From: Octopus sinensis
Lineage: Eukaryota
Length of the DNA: 64,000 nucleotides
Assembly (NCBI RefSeq): GCF_006345805.1
Contig: NC_043004.1
Location: 34,844,001 to 34,908,000 of the forward strand
Reading direction: 5' to 3'
The translations under genes and the position numbers were made by a program. The notes under the pieces are model-generated. The model made no database searches. It saw nothing but the letters and a program-made list of their open reading frames with translations, and was not told the origin of the DNA. Below, in pieces: positions 25,164 to 37,548 of this stretch (its first letter is position 1; every line of letters begins with the position of its first letter).

Positions 25164-25842
25164 AACAGCAAACAAGATGAGGACAAATATCTGTCAAATG
25201 TAAATAATGTAAATAATCCTGGTGGTTTGTTGTGGCCTTGAGCAAGACACTTATTTAAGATTGCTTCAGTCCATTCAGCTGGCAAATTTGAGTTGCATCT
25301 GTAATTCAAAGGGAGTGGGGGGAGTGAAGGAAAAGTAGTAGGGTTGTGGGAAATAATAAAGTGAGAGAGAGAGTAATGTCTGCCATATTCTTATTAGTGA
25401 AAGAGAGGGAGAGATCAAGTGATGGATAGCTGGGTAATGAGAGACAGACAGACAGACAGAGACAGAGACAGAGAAAAAAGAGAGTGAAAGATGTCAATGA
25501 CTAATGTCTGCAAAGGACCAGATTGAGTCCATCACTGAGGAGATTCAACCATTCAGAAACATGAGTGTCTGATAGTTTATTGACATCATATGAAATGTTT
25601 TGTTTACATGCATTATCAAAAGACTGAAGTTATTCTTGGAGATGAAATTCAACAACAAAAAACCCAGATTCACGTTCAAATCTGCCATTATATTTTAAGA
25701 ATGGAAGTACACATTATTCATTTGATTCTCACAGTTTGTATGAGCATAGTAATTCATTTGTACTCAGCCCTGATTAGAAAATAAAATAAGTTTCAGAGAT
25801 GAAATAAGGAGAGGTAGTCATGTTTACAGAGGGTACATATAT

Positions 25843-26065
25843 ATTTCTTTACTGCCCAGAAGGGGCTAAACATAGAGGAGACAAACAAGGACAGACGAAG
25901 GGATTGAGTCGATTATATCGTCCCCAGTGCGAAACTGGTACGTTATTTATCGACCCCGAAAGGATGAAAGGCAAAGTTGACCTCGGCGGAATTAGAACTC
26001 AGAATGTAACGACAGACGAAATACCGCTAAGCATTTCGCCCGACGCGCTAACGTGTCTGCCAGCT
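25843..26065 (-). mobile_element. SINE family B
   Basis: Reverse complement of 30700-30941. Confidence 0.85.
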
Positions 26066-26334
26066 AACAGACTCTTAGAGTTCAAACCACCATGGAACTA
26101 TTCCAGATAATCTACTTGTTATTGGTACAACATACTGATGGGGAAGACAATGATAGTAATGATGTAAATGGTAGGGATAATAAAATTGATTTGTAATGAT
26201 TGGTTCACTGGGAGACATACAGCATTTGTTAATAATTCTTAAATCAGCTGAAGGAGACTTTTAAAACATTCATCATGTATTTATTATTTGATCCAATAAG
26301 GATTATACATCAAAATGAAGAAAAAGAATTCTCA

Positions 26335-26509
26335 GGCGTAGGAGTGGCTGTGCAGTAAGTAGCTTGCTTACCAACAACACGGTTCTGGGTTCAGTCCCAC
26401 TGCGTGACACCTTGGGCAAGTGTCTTCTACTATAACCTCGGGCCCGCCAAAGCCCTGTGAGTGGATTTGGAAGACGGAAACTGAAAGAAGCCCGTCGTAT
26501 ATATGTATG

Positions 26510-26541
<32 letters not shown>

Positions 26542-26731
26542 ATATATATATCGCTTGACAACCGATGCTGGTGTGTTTACGTCCCCGTAACTTAGCAGTT
26601 TGGCAAAAGAGACTGATAGAATAAGTACTAGGCTTACAAAGAATAAGTCCTGGGGTCGATTTGCTCGACTAAAGGTGGTGCTCCAGCATGGCCACAGTCA
26701 AGTGACTAAAACAAGTAAAAGAGTAAAAGAG
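26335..26731 (+). mobile_element. SINE family A
   Basis: Colinear with 3419-3815. Confidence 0.9.
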
Positions 26732-27113
26732 GGAGTTAAAGACACGGTCTAAGTCATCTTTTGAGCTTTTTATATTTTACTGTGGAAAAAGGCAGCAAGC
26801 TGACAGAATCCTTAGCATGGCAAGCAAAATGCTTTGAGACATTTCACTTGTCTATGTTCCAACTTCAGATTCAGCTAAGGTCAACTTTGCCTTCCTTCCA
26901 TCCTTTTTTTTTTTTGTGGTAGTGGTGATAAATAAAGTACCACTTGAGTACTGAAGTCGATGTAATCAACCTACCCCTCCCTTGCAATTGCTGGCCTTGT
27001 GCCAAAATTTGAAATCAATATTTTCATATTGAATTCAATGAACAGAATGAAACTATCAAAGAAATGAAGCTTGTAATGGCTAATTCCATGATAAGAATCA
27101 TTTCTTACAGACA

Positions 27114-27534
27114 GGCACAGGAGTGGCTGTGTGGTAAGTAGCTTGCTTACCAAACACATGGTTCCGGGTTCAGTCCCACTGCATGGCATCTTGGGCAATG
27201 TCTTCTACTATAGCCTCGGGCCGATCAAAGCCTTGTGAGTGGATTTGGTAGACGGAAACTAAAAGAAAGCCCGTCGTATATATGTATATATATATATATA
27301 TATTTGTGCATGTATGTTTGTGTGTCTGTGTTTGTCCCCCTAGCATTGCTTGGCAACCGATGCTGGTGTGTTTATGTCCCCGTCACTTAGCGGTTCGGCA
27401 AAAGAGACTGATAGAATAAGTACTGGGCTTACAAAAAATAAGTCCCGGAGTCGAGTTGCTCGATTTAAGGCAGTGCTCCAGCATGGCCACAGTCAAATGA
27501 CTGAAACAAGTAAAAGAGTAAAAGAGTAAAAGAG
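27114..27534 (+). mobile_element. SINE family A
   Basis: Colinear with 3419-3815. Confidence 0.9.
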
Positions 27535-28682
27535 AGAGAGGTGCATTCCACTCTGATATATATTTCCAATATGGCATAAACAGGATGGCTTTCTACATCA
27601 ACTGCTCTTACAGATGGCAGCACTTTATACAGTTAATACATTTTTGAAAAAGTAAATAAATAACAACCCTGAAGTGAACTGAACTCGCTATGCCTTTGTA
27701 GCTAGCTGGTTGTTTGATACTTTAACTACTCCAGTGAAGAATAAAACTACAGAATCTTAGTAACAAATTGAAATTCTTCTGAAGTTTTGTGATGAAATCA
27801 TCTGTGTTTATACTATGCCACAACAGTAGCTATTAAAAAATGAATGTTCTTTTAAACAACACCACAGACAGCTAGTCTTTAGGGAGTTCCTCAAAAGACG
27901 AACAGAGTCAAAAACTTATGAATGCATTAAATATGCTGGGATAATCTTTTACAACAATTCTCTTGACTCACTATCTTTTCAAAATATAGAAAATAAATTA
28001 GAAAAAAAAAGCATTTCTTTTTCTCTTCTCTATGGAAGTAAGTTGTAAGAATCCAAATTAGAGTTAAGAAATAGAAGTTAAAAATCATTTTAAAAAATCA
28101 TAATGTATTCAATTCTGTATATTAAAATAGCTTAAAAAATATATGATATAAAGAGAAACTTAGATTCTAAGCCAACATTTACCAAATGCAATTCTGAAGA
28201 AACTTTAAAAAATATATATCTGAGCATTTATTCAGAGAATGAAGGCAATTTTCTGACAGAAATTTTCAAATGCCTACAGCTACATTCAATGAATTGATTC
28301 CACTATTCCCACAATTTTCAAGTAGTTTCTAAAGAAATCTAACAAATCTCTTTAGTATGTGTTATTACTTCACGTTATTACATCAAATTTGACAATGCTG
28401 AAAATCAAAACATGAGCATATAAATACATTTCTTCAATTATATATAAATATACACAAACATATACACACATCTCCTCCCCCCCTCTCTCCCTCTCTCTTT
28501 CTTTCTATCTATCTAGCTAAATATATATGCACGTGTATATAGGTGTATGTGTGTCCGTGTGTGAGCCTGTGCATGCGAATGCATGCATTTGTGTGATATA
28601 TACATACATCTGCCTGTCTGTCTATCTATCTGTCTGTCTCCCTCTCTCTCTCTCTCTCCCCATACATACAATATATATACAT

Positions 28683-28715
<33 letters not shown>

Positions 28716-28760
28716 CATACATATATATATATATATATTTATTTATATATATACATATAC

Positions 28761-28794
<34 letters not shown>

Positions 28795-29167
28795 GCATAA
28801 GGGTTCAGCAACGAATTGCCTTACCACATACCGAATTAGAAATAGCAGTCAAAGGGTTATAGCTATTTCTTCTACTAAAAAGAAGACTACTTGGTGTAAT
28901 TGAAGACTACTTGGTGTAATTGATAATTATTCCAAATTAATTAATTTCACCCTTCATTATTACGGATAACCTATTTTATCTCAGTAGATGACTACAGCAT
29001 CTTGTTTTGGCTACACGCGGTGGGAAGGGGCTGTTGACACAATCGTTTCATTCACAAATTTGAATTCGGTGATACTAGTTGAGGATTCTAGCTCGCTCTG
29101 ATACTGAGTGAGTTGGTACCTCCTAGTATCTCAAAATTCAATATATAATCATTTATGATTATAGTAT

Positions 29168-29274
29168 TCCACGCTGAAGAGAAAAGAAGTTTCGGTAAGA
29201 TAGAATTATTTAATATTTAATATTTTAATTCTTATGCTTTCCTAAAACTTGATTTCGAAACGTACGTCCGTGGA
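29168..29274 (+). ncRNA. Type I hammerhead ribozyme (copy 1)
   Basis: Stem I TCCACG/CGTGGA; core CTGAAGA (29174-29180); stem II closed by G29181-C29256 as a long imperfect hairpin; GAAA (29257-29260); palindromic stem III A-CGTACG-T; GUC cleavage site after 29268. Confidence 0.85.
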
Positions 29275-29771
29275 TAACGTTTAAAAATGTTTGATAGATT
29301 GCGGTTAATTCATTCTCCCTTACCTGTTTGTGTCAGCCTTCCAATTGCTGTTTTTACTGAGATCTCCCTTTTTAGTAGAAGAAATAGCTATAACCCTTTG
29401 ACTGCTATTTCTAAATTCGGTATGTGGTAAGGCAATTCGTTGCTGAACCCTTATTGCTTAGTATTACTTAAATTTTCCTCAAATGAGGCTTTTACATGCC
29501 GAAGACTACTTGGTGTAATTGATAATTATTCCAAATTAATTAATTTCACCCTTCATTATTACGGATACCATATTTTATCTCAGTAGATGACTACAGCATC
29601 TTGTTTTGGCTACACGCGGGTGGGAAGGGGCTGTTGACACAATCGTTTCATTCACAAATTTGAATTCGGTGATACTAGTTGAGGATTCTAGCTAGCTCGC
29701 TCTGATACTGAGTTGAGTTGGTACCTCCTAGTATCTCAAAATCAATATATAATCATTTATGATTATAGTAT

Positions 29772-29878
29772 TCCACGCTGAAGAGAAAAGAAGTTTCGGT
29801 AAGATAGAATTATTTAATATTTAATATTTTAATTCTTATGCTTTCCTAAAACTTGATTTCGAAACGTACGTCCGTGGA
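29772..29878 (+). ncRNA. Type I hammerhead ribozyme (copy 2)
   Basis: Same motif as 29168-29274: CTGAAGA 29778-29784, GAAA 29861-29864, GUC cleavage after 29872. Confidence 0.85.
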
Positions 29879-30224
29879 TAACTTTTAAAAATGTTTGATA
29901 GATTGCGGTTAATTCATTCTCCCTTACCTGTTTGTGTCAGCCTTCCAATTGCTGTTTTTACTGAGATCTCCTTTTTAGTAGAAGAAATAGCTATAACCCT
30001 TTGACTGCTATTTCTAAATTCGGTATGTGGTAAGGCAATCGTTGCTGAACCCTTATTGCTTAGTATTACTTAAATTTTCCTCAAATGAGGCTTTTACATG
30101 CCGAAGACTACTTGGTGTAATTGATAATTATTCCAAATTAATTAATTTCACCCTTCATTATTACGGATAACTATATATATATATATAATATATATACATA
30201 CATACATACATACATATCTATATC

Positions 30225-30260
<36 letters not shown>

Positions 30261-30570
30261 ATTTTCCTTGTTCCATACAATGGGTTTGCAGATTCATGTG
30301 TTGTAGCCATAATTTCCTGGAGTTAACATGATATATTCGTGTGAATGTCACTTCAATCTCATTGATACATATTTTATACCTGAGTAAGCTGATGTTGCTT
30401 TCATTCGGTGAAGAATGCAACTTAGAATATCAAATATTTCTCCTTGTTCAAACACATCAACATTACCACAATGTTCTGGAATGATACATACCAACATTGG
30501 CTTCCATTAGTTTGCTCAGACTTCTCTCATCATCCATGAGGCTATCACATCTAACCACCACATGTTCGCA

Positions 30571-30683
30571 GACCATGTGGCACTCTCTTCCACTGTAACC
30601 ACATGACACTCTTTACTTTTCTGACCATGTGGCACTCTCTGCCATTCTCACCATATGACACTCTCTATCTCTCTGACCATGTG
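30571..30683. repeat. Degenerate ~26/52-bp minisatellite
   Basis: ACCATGTGGCACTCTC and ACCA.ATGACACTCT units alternate. Confidence 0.65.
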
Positions 30684-30699
30684 ATACTTCAGACCAATT

Positions 30700-30941
30700 C
30701 AATTGGAAGGTGGCGAACTGGCAGAAAAGTTAGTACACTGGGCGAAATGCTTAGCAGTATTTCGTCTGCCATTACATTCTGAGTTCAAATTCCGCCGAGG
30801 TCGACTTTGCCATTCATCCTTTCCGGGTCGATAAATTAAGTGCCAGTTATGCACTGGGGTCGATGTAATTGACTTGATACCTTTCTCTGTCCTTGTTTGT
30901 CCCCTCTATGTTTAGCCCCTTGTGGGCAGTAAAGAAAAAGG
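30700..30941 (+). mobile_element. tRNA-derived SINE family B with 15-bp TSD
   Basis: B box GAGTTCAAATTCC, central GTCGACTTTGCC.TTCATCCTTTC.GGGTCGATAAA; TSD TACTTCAGACCAATT at 30685-30699 and 30942-30956. Confidence 0.9.
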
Positions 30942-30989
30942 TACTTCAGACCAATTGATTGATCAGAAATTTATTTGTGTCGGTCTCAC

Positions 30990-32720
30990 ATTGACAGAAC
31001 ATCTGCTTTACCACTGACCAACCAGGGAGAGCTTGATGAGTGGCCAAAAACATTCTCCTGGGCATGTTTCTCTACATCTCACAAACCAAATTCCACAGCC
31101 TTTAACCCACTCAGTAGGCGTTACAGAAGGCCCAATTTCCAGTGAAAACAATCCCTCTGACTGTTCCCCAATCATCCTATTGCCCTCACTCTTGATTGAG
31201 TTTCATCACAAAGACGATGGAAACAGCCATCAACAATTTTCCTCTCCTCTTGAATACCTCTCCCTTTTAATCACCACCAGTCATAGCTGCTTCAGGTCAA
31301 GCAAAGAACATGGCCTCAATGTTTGGAGTAAATCTGTCTTCCTTACAAAACGAACACTTTTTATCCAAAACAGCAAGTCCTGCAGGCCATTAATCCAAAG
31401 CGCAAAAAATGCTTCTGAACATCACACCATTTACATATTTGCCAATCTAGCAAAATGGTACTCCCATTCCTACGTAACAAAGTGGTATGAGACAGCCAGA
31501 TCCAGCCTCTCATACCTACCCTACATTGTTATTCTAAAAATAAACAATCGCATTATCAAAATGTAAAAGCTACAAGAAAATGCACGATTAATTCAAAACA
31601 ATATGAATAAATATGCATTACATTTGACAGAGAAATCTGGATGTTAAAGGATTAAAATAATCTAATTAAAACCCTCCATCAAAATCTTATTGTAAATGTT
31701 ATATTGTGGATTGCTGTCCACTTGTATGCTATTGTTGGCACTGTAATATTCTTGTCACCACTATTATGTTGTGGCAGTATTTTACATCTTATTTTTGACT
31801 CGTCTATCATGCTATCGCTGATAGCTCCATATTGAAACGTCAACCTTGACAGAAACTCGAACTCCTATATGACCTGTAACTGACACTGACTCCAGCTGAG
31901 AATGCATACAATGATTCTACTACTGACCTCCTACAACAACAGACTGTCTTACTTTATAGTGGCTGTCACATACCACTTTGTCATGCGGGAAGGGGAGTAC
32001 CATTTTCATTACAACACACCCACTGCAAGTATTTCTAACAGCTTTATGATATCTGCCTTTCCATCATTTTGCAAACATGATGGTACCCTTGGCTGAAGGT
32101 TTCCATACTTATTTCTAGCTTTACATCGAAATTGGCCCACATTTTCTCAAAAATTATCCATTTCTTCTCAACTCAGCTCATGTGTAAACCTACACACTAA
32201 GTTAGAAAGCATCTCCAGTCACTTGAAGCCTGACAATATCTCTTCTGTTATCCTTTAATGTTGTGCCAAAGAGCTACACCCTTCACTCCACTCTCTCTCT
32301 CTGTCCAGGTTTCTGTTCTGATCTTTAGAAACATGCAACAGAAAGTCCTATTCTGACCCTTCCAGCATCTCAAAGATGAAGAAAGCCACCCTTAATAACG
32401 CCTTTATCCCCTTGAATCTCTCTGCCCAATGCAGTTTCTACAAAGCCACATCTGCTGGAAACCCATTCTAACATATCACTCAGCATTGGTTTCTCCCACT
32501 CAAGAAATTTTGTGATAACGATTTTCATGCCTTCAATATCATCAAACAATCTAGCCATAACTGTCCCCTGTATCTCCCAGGAAGACAACCAACTTGTTGC
32601 TTTTCTTTTCTCTTATTTCATAGGATTGGTGTTTTCATTATATCACATTTTGGCATATGCAAATGGTGCCCTCTCAGATCACTCTTCTATCAACTCCGTA
32701 ATTCTTTGAGATTCAGATTG
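30990..32720 (+). mobile_element. Old LINE remnants (fragmented)
   Basis: PDNISSVIL*CCAKEL (GPDxIxxxxLKxCAxEL-like) near 32230; C/A-rich LINE-like composition. The 177-aa ORF here has no convincing host-gene features. Confidence 0.4.
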
Positions 32721-33339
32721 ACTCCTCTTCATACTCATACTCACTTCTGTTCAAGAAGCTCATAATAAGTGTGTGTGTGTGTGCACATGCATATGTGCAT
32801 ATGTGTGTGTATGCACATTTGCATAAATCAGTGACTCCTCCAAAATCACTGAAGTGATGGCATTGTTGTCATTCTCCTTCTCAACAAACTGTCTCCTGGC
32901 TTTGTTCTTTCAAAGATGTGAGAAATATGAGATCCATTTCTTAAAAAAACTGCTAATGGTTAATGCAGGAAGGGCATTTGGGCTGCAAAGCACTACTTTA
33001 ATAATATCCCTGTCTACCTCATGTCTCCCCCTTGGGTGAAATAGACACAAAAGCAAAGGATGCTGTCTTTAATTTTGCACATGAAGTCTGAGATTCCCAT
33101 CTTTGAGTTGCACAGAAACAGATGCTATCACCTGAATATATAAAATAACAACAATAATTTATTTATATAAATTATAATTAAATAAACACGCAGTTATTTT
33201 AAAATTCATAATAAATTCCTGAGGGGCTATAGTCTACATTTTATTGACAATTAAGAAAAAACTAATTTAGATTATTGAAGTATAATTAGTTTCCTGGTCA
33301 TGTCACCTATAAACTCAGGCCACAACAATTACATCTAAG

Positions 33340-34640
33340 AATGATGTCCTGAGAGAGTCATTGCTGGCCGGCCTTGACAGTTTGATTGCAAACTAGTTAA
33401 TGCGCTGGTGTTATTGAGGATGTGTGGCACATTTTATAATGCACTTATCTCTTAATGGCTTAGTCTACCTATCATTGATTGCAATGATAAGAAGTGGGTG
33501 ATTGGTATACTTCATCGATATATTGGAGTCAATGCCAGGCTGAGATCGAATTTTTCCAGAGAATTAGAAGCAACAACAAGGAAGCACTTCAATGTAATAA
33601 ACTTTAAACCATTCCATAATCACAGCCTGAAATGGTGCCTCACTAATCTATTGCATAGTAAGACATTTTATACTTTGGTCAACATCATCAATATTCTTGA
33701 TTTAGCGTGGAGCAAGAGGCAGCAATGATGTCCATTGTTTCTGGTGAAACGAGAGAAGTCAATACAACAAATGGTTCCCTTGAAGAGTTACAAGTGAATA
33801 AGAGCAGGAGAAAAAAAAATCATAGGAGGAAATTTGAGGGTGACAACATTGCAGAATGGAAGAACAGAGCGAACAAAGGAGAAAGTGCAGCCTCTTGGGA
33901 TATGGGTGAACCTCTTATAGCTACAAGTGGAGGTGATATAAGTGAATCAGGATTACATGTATGGGGGTGGGAGGGGGGTGGGAGAACAAGACCAACCTGA
34001 GGAACAGAAGTTACTGAAAATGTTAGGAAATGGTGATTGGCATCACAACATTTCTATGGAAACAGTCTAAGATGTTTTGTTTGTATGGCATCTGACCCTA
34101 CTTTACTGGCCTTAGATATGGAAGCTGCACTCAACTGAGGGACCCATGTGAGATGTATAGAAAGCTAGAAGTTAATGGAAGCTGAAGTATTTTCTGGGTC
34201 TGAAGAAGGGGACCAGTGCTTGGGATGCAGTTGTGGCTGTGTTTAGAATGCGCGTTTCATCAATGAGGTCCTCAAATATGGTGAAACCTGACATTTGTAG
34301 GAACCATGTTGGTTCTAGTTGCTTGCTGGCGACATTTTGGGAGAGAAGGGTACTTTAAGAATATTTCTTGATTGTGATTTTGTTGTTGTGGAAGGAAAAC
34401 AAAGACAAGTGTGACCCTTTTGAAGGATATTTTCAAGGTCTTTGTCATAGCGTTTGGGCTCATCTAGAATGTGGATGATTCTTGGGTGCAGGTGGTAAGT
34501 GGAAGAGGAACGAAGATGGAATCATCGGCATGAAAGTGGACGTTGAGGGTGTGGGATACTGATTGTGAGAGTCGTTTAGGAATATGAAAGTTGTTAGAAT
34601 AATGGTTAGGAAGCGCTCCATTTGTTCAAGGCAAGAATAA
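33340..34640 (-). mobile_element. Old LINE RT remnant (Jockey/L2/CR1-like)
   Basis: Minus strand FHADDSIF (YADD-like) near 34515-34540; heavily decayed. Confidence 0.5.
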
Positions 34641-37511
34641 CAGAAACCTCAATATATTAAATCCAAGAAATGAATGAAATAAATATTTTGTATTTAAATT
34701 ATTTTAGAGATGCAGCACAAAATTTTGTCAGTGAACAAGTCGCGGTCTCAAAGCAACGAAAATATTTTGACAATTAAATTTAAATGTTGAAGTGAATCTA
34801 ATGGATTTTGTGTGTTCCTTAAATGGCTTATAAACACCTTCTACGCTGAAATTGTTTTCTTCCCGCACACAATCTCAGATCAGATCACTTGCTATGCAAA
34901 TACATCTCTGTAAATTATTTTATGATTTTGGAGAAAGATGATTCAGAGTGAAACAAGTCTCATCTAATTTTCAGAATTAACACTTCTGATACGAACCTAC
35001 CTGAGGCCACTCTTGGATCTAGTACAAGCTTCCTGATTTAAAGGGATCTAAATGAAACGTTTTCTCCAAAATTTCATATTAAATTTATATTCCAAACACC
35101 AACTGAATAATGACAAAAGTGTTTTACTGAATTCTTCATTATTTTCAAAATGAACTGAAACAAAAGTAGAATTTCAAGAGAAATATGGTTCCAGAAGGAT
35201 TAATGGTCACTGGAAAGCTTCAATCACAGAAACCAAAACTGAAAATTAAGTCAAGAACAAAGCATAAAACAAAAGTCATTTGTTACTCTAATGAATTTGT
35301 TTTCAGTGAAGAACTATGAAAGTTAAAGGAAAAGAGGGAGTGTATACAGTATAATCTAAATGATAATTGAATCCAGAAAAAAAACCTAATTTGTGAGTCA
35401 ACAACGGGACTGAGGAAAATAATGGAATGTTCTATGTATTAAGCACACTATGTGGGGTGGATATTGGTTATATGGGGAATTGAAGGTCTTCAATTAACGG
35501 AGATGATCCACACTACTAGTGGACAAAAACTCCCTCTAAAGTTATTTAAAATTTATGAACAACTACCAAGGGAAATAACCCCAAGACACTGAATTTTTAA
35601 TGTCTTACCAACTGAGATGAATATACTCCACTGAAAAGGTCTAATAAAGCAGAAACATGTCTGCTGTCACCAGTTTTGTTCTTTAAAGAACAGAGCCACT
35701 CTCATTGGATACTTCTGAATTTGCCAAAAATTTTGATTGGTTGATTTAAACAGAGTTAGCTTCCCTATTTTTTATTTTCGTTAACTTAAAAGACAGAAAC
35801 ATATTTGGTCTACAAACTGCATGAAGGATCTCAGTTGAAATAAAGTTTCCCAACACATTATATTTCATATTTACAATGTATTAATATTCCAATCAAGTTT
35901 TATTGTTCTTAATTATTGTCTTAAACAAGGTGAAAAAGGTGAAAAAAAAAAAAAACAAAAAAAAAGTAGTTTCAGTTGCTTCCTTATTTTATAGCTGAGA
36001 GATTGTTGGATCTCCTGACTTTTGAATTGGCAGCTGATTATCTGAATTCCTCGACTAGGTTACTTTGAAGAATGTGAAAGACCATTTTAATTTTTTTTTA
36101 ATACTCTTAAATGTATTTCCAAGAATTTGAATTAATATTATCCTCTGATTAACAATAACACTCCACTGTTTCTGTTTTTCCTATTTTGCAAGATGGAGTA
36201 TATATAAATAAAGTCACTTTTGATGTGATCTTTTGACATAACTTTCCATTGCAAATATAATGCTTTTACCAATTCATCTTGTCCTGCTTTGCACCTGATG
36301 TCTTGGAACTTTATGGTAATAGAAATAAATCTGAAAATAATAGGCAGCATATAAAAGGTTATTCTTTAGAATATTAAAACTACTTCATAGAGAGAAATAG
36401 AGAGAACTTAAAGTGTTTTTCTAAAGATGCAGATAACGATGTTTGCTTGCAATAAATTTTATAGTTTTCAGCTTTAAACTGAAAGCAAAGAAACTGAAAT
36501 AAGAATGAGAAGATAGAAAGATTTTGTAAAAGGTAGCTTCACCCAAGAACAATAAAATACAATAAGCTCATAGTTTATAAATGCATCCACACATAAAATA
36601 TGATTGAGTTTATTCATATGATTCTATAAATAAATATTTACAGTATACAAATATAGCGATTTTATACATACAGACACGAACAGTTTATATACCCAGCACT
36701 CCAAGTGAAGAGTTTTTGTTATGTGATATAAGTTTGCATTTGGGAATTAATAGGAATAAAAAATGGCTTTCACATTGGTACAAAGCAACACAGAGGTGAG
36801 AGGTATGACTCGGTTAATCACCCCCAGTACAAGTCTGGTACATATTTTATTGATCTTGGGTGGATTATAGATTATTGATTGAAAGTAGAGGAATAAATAC
36901 TGTAAATTATTTTATCTTTGCTTAGCAATCAGACAACTTCAAGAAACAATCATAAGAATCATGATTTGCTGTGGCTATGCTCTATGCAAGGAATACAGAC
37001 AATCACTTAAGTTTTTAATGATCCAGCCAAATGAATCAAAAGATAACAAGCCTGAGTGTCATCATGGAGAGGAGATGTTGAAGTGGTTAGCACAACTATA
37101 ACGATTTAAGGCAGAAGTGATATTCAGTTACCACAAATGGATGCTCTCTTCTTCTTTATTAGATATGTACAATTCTTCAATGCTGTGTGGAATGAGCCAC
37201 CCCCTTCCCCTACCGATAAGAAGCTGATGTGTGTCACCTTAGTTACTTGGGTTAAGTCTTTAGTTTCGATGGTTAAAGTGGTTGTGTCACTCTGGTGTTG
37301 TGGTTATAGCAAAGCTACATAGTTTGCTGTAGACATGGTGTTTGAATCCAGCAGGCAGAGTTTTTACACTTTCTATCAGCTATGTCTCGTGTGTGTGTGT
37401 GTGTGTATGTGCATGTGGGTGTGTATATGTGCATCTATATACATATACCACTGTTACTGAGCAGCTGTATATAAAATATCTTTACTGAAAAACTTCAGTT
37501 ATTGAACAACC

Positions 37512-37548
<37 letters not shown>

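Larger units (their letters stand above)
24140..25220. mobile_element. Head-to-head inverted pair of a tRNA-headed, hammerhead-motif SINE-like element
   Basis: tRNA-like head on the minus strand at 24938-25000 (A box TGGCATAGTGG, B box GAGTTCAATTC). Left arm (-) ~24140-24940 and right arm (+) 25001-25220 share AATACCTTAGGAATGAGAACCCAGG...ATATCAGCCGAAA. Flanks TCTTGGTGGT (24130-24139) and TCCTGGTGGT (25217-25226) look like a TSD. Confidence 0.7.
28795..30171 (+). mobile_element. Hammerhead-containing ~600-bp tandem element (retrozyme / non-autonomous Penelope-like) with 5' inverted segment, inserted in (TA)n
   Basis: Unit starts GAAGACTACTTGGTG at 28902, 29501 and 30103 (599 and 602 bp, near identical, third copy partial). 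28795-28881 is the reverse complement of ~29369-29457. A 20-bp duplication sits at the junction (28882-28901). TA microsatellite on both sides; no ORF. Confidence 0.85.

Noticed and set aside
28882-30171. CRISPR array or centromeric satellite interpretation of the tandem
   Set aside because: No spacer/repeat alternation, eukaryotic context and only 2.1 units; the ribozyme plus inversion explain it better.
31033-31566. 177-aa ORF as a host gene
   Set aside because: Non-ATG start call, no domain motif, and embedded in decayed LINE-like sequence.
35995-36070. Acceptor followed by ERLLDLLTFELAADYLNSSTRLL* (similar case at 16521-16597)
   Set aside because: No recognisable homology and weak or no donor; expected by chance in AT-rich DNA.
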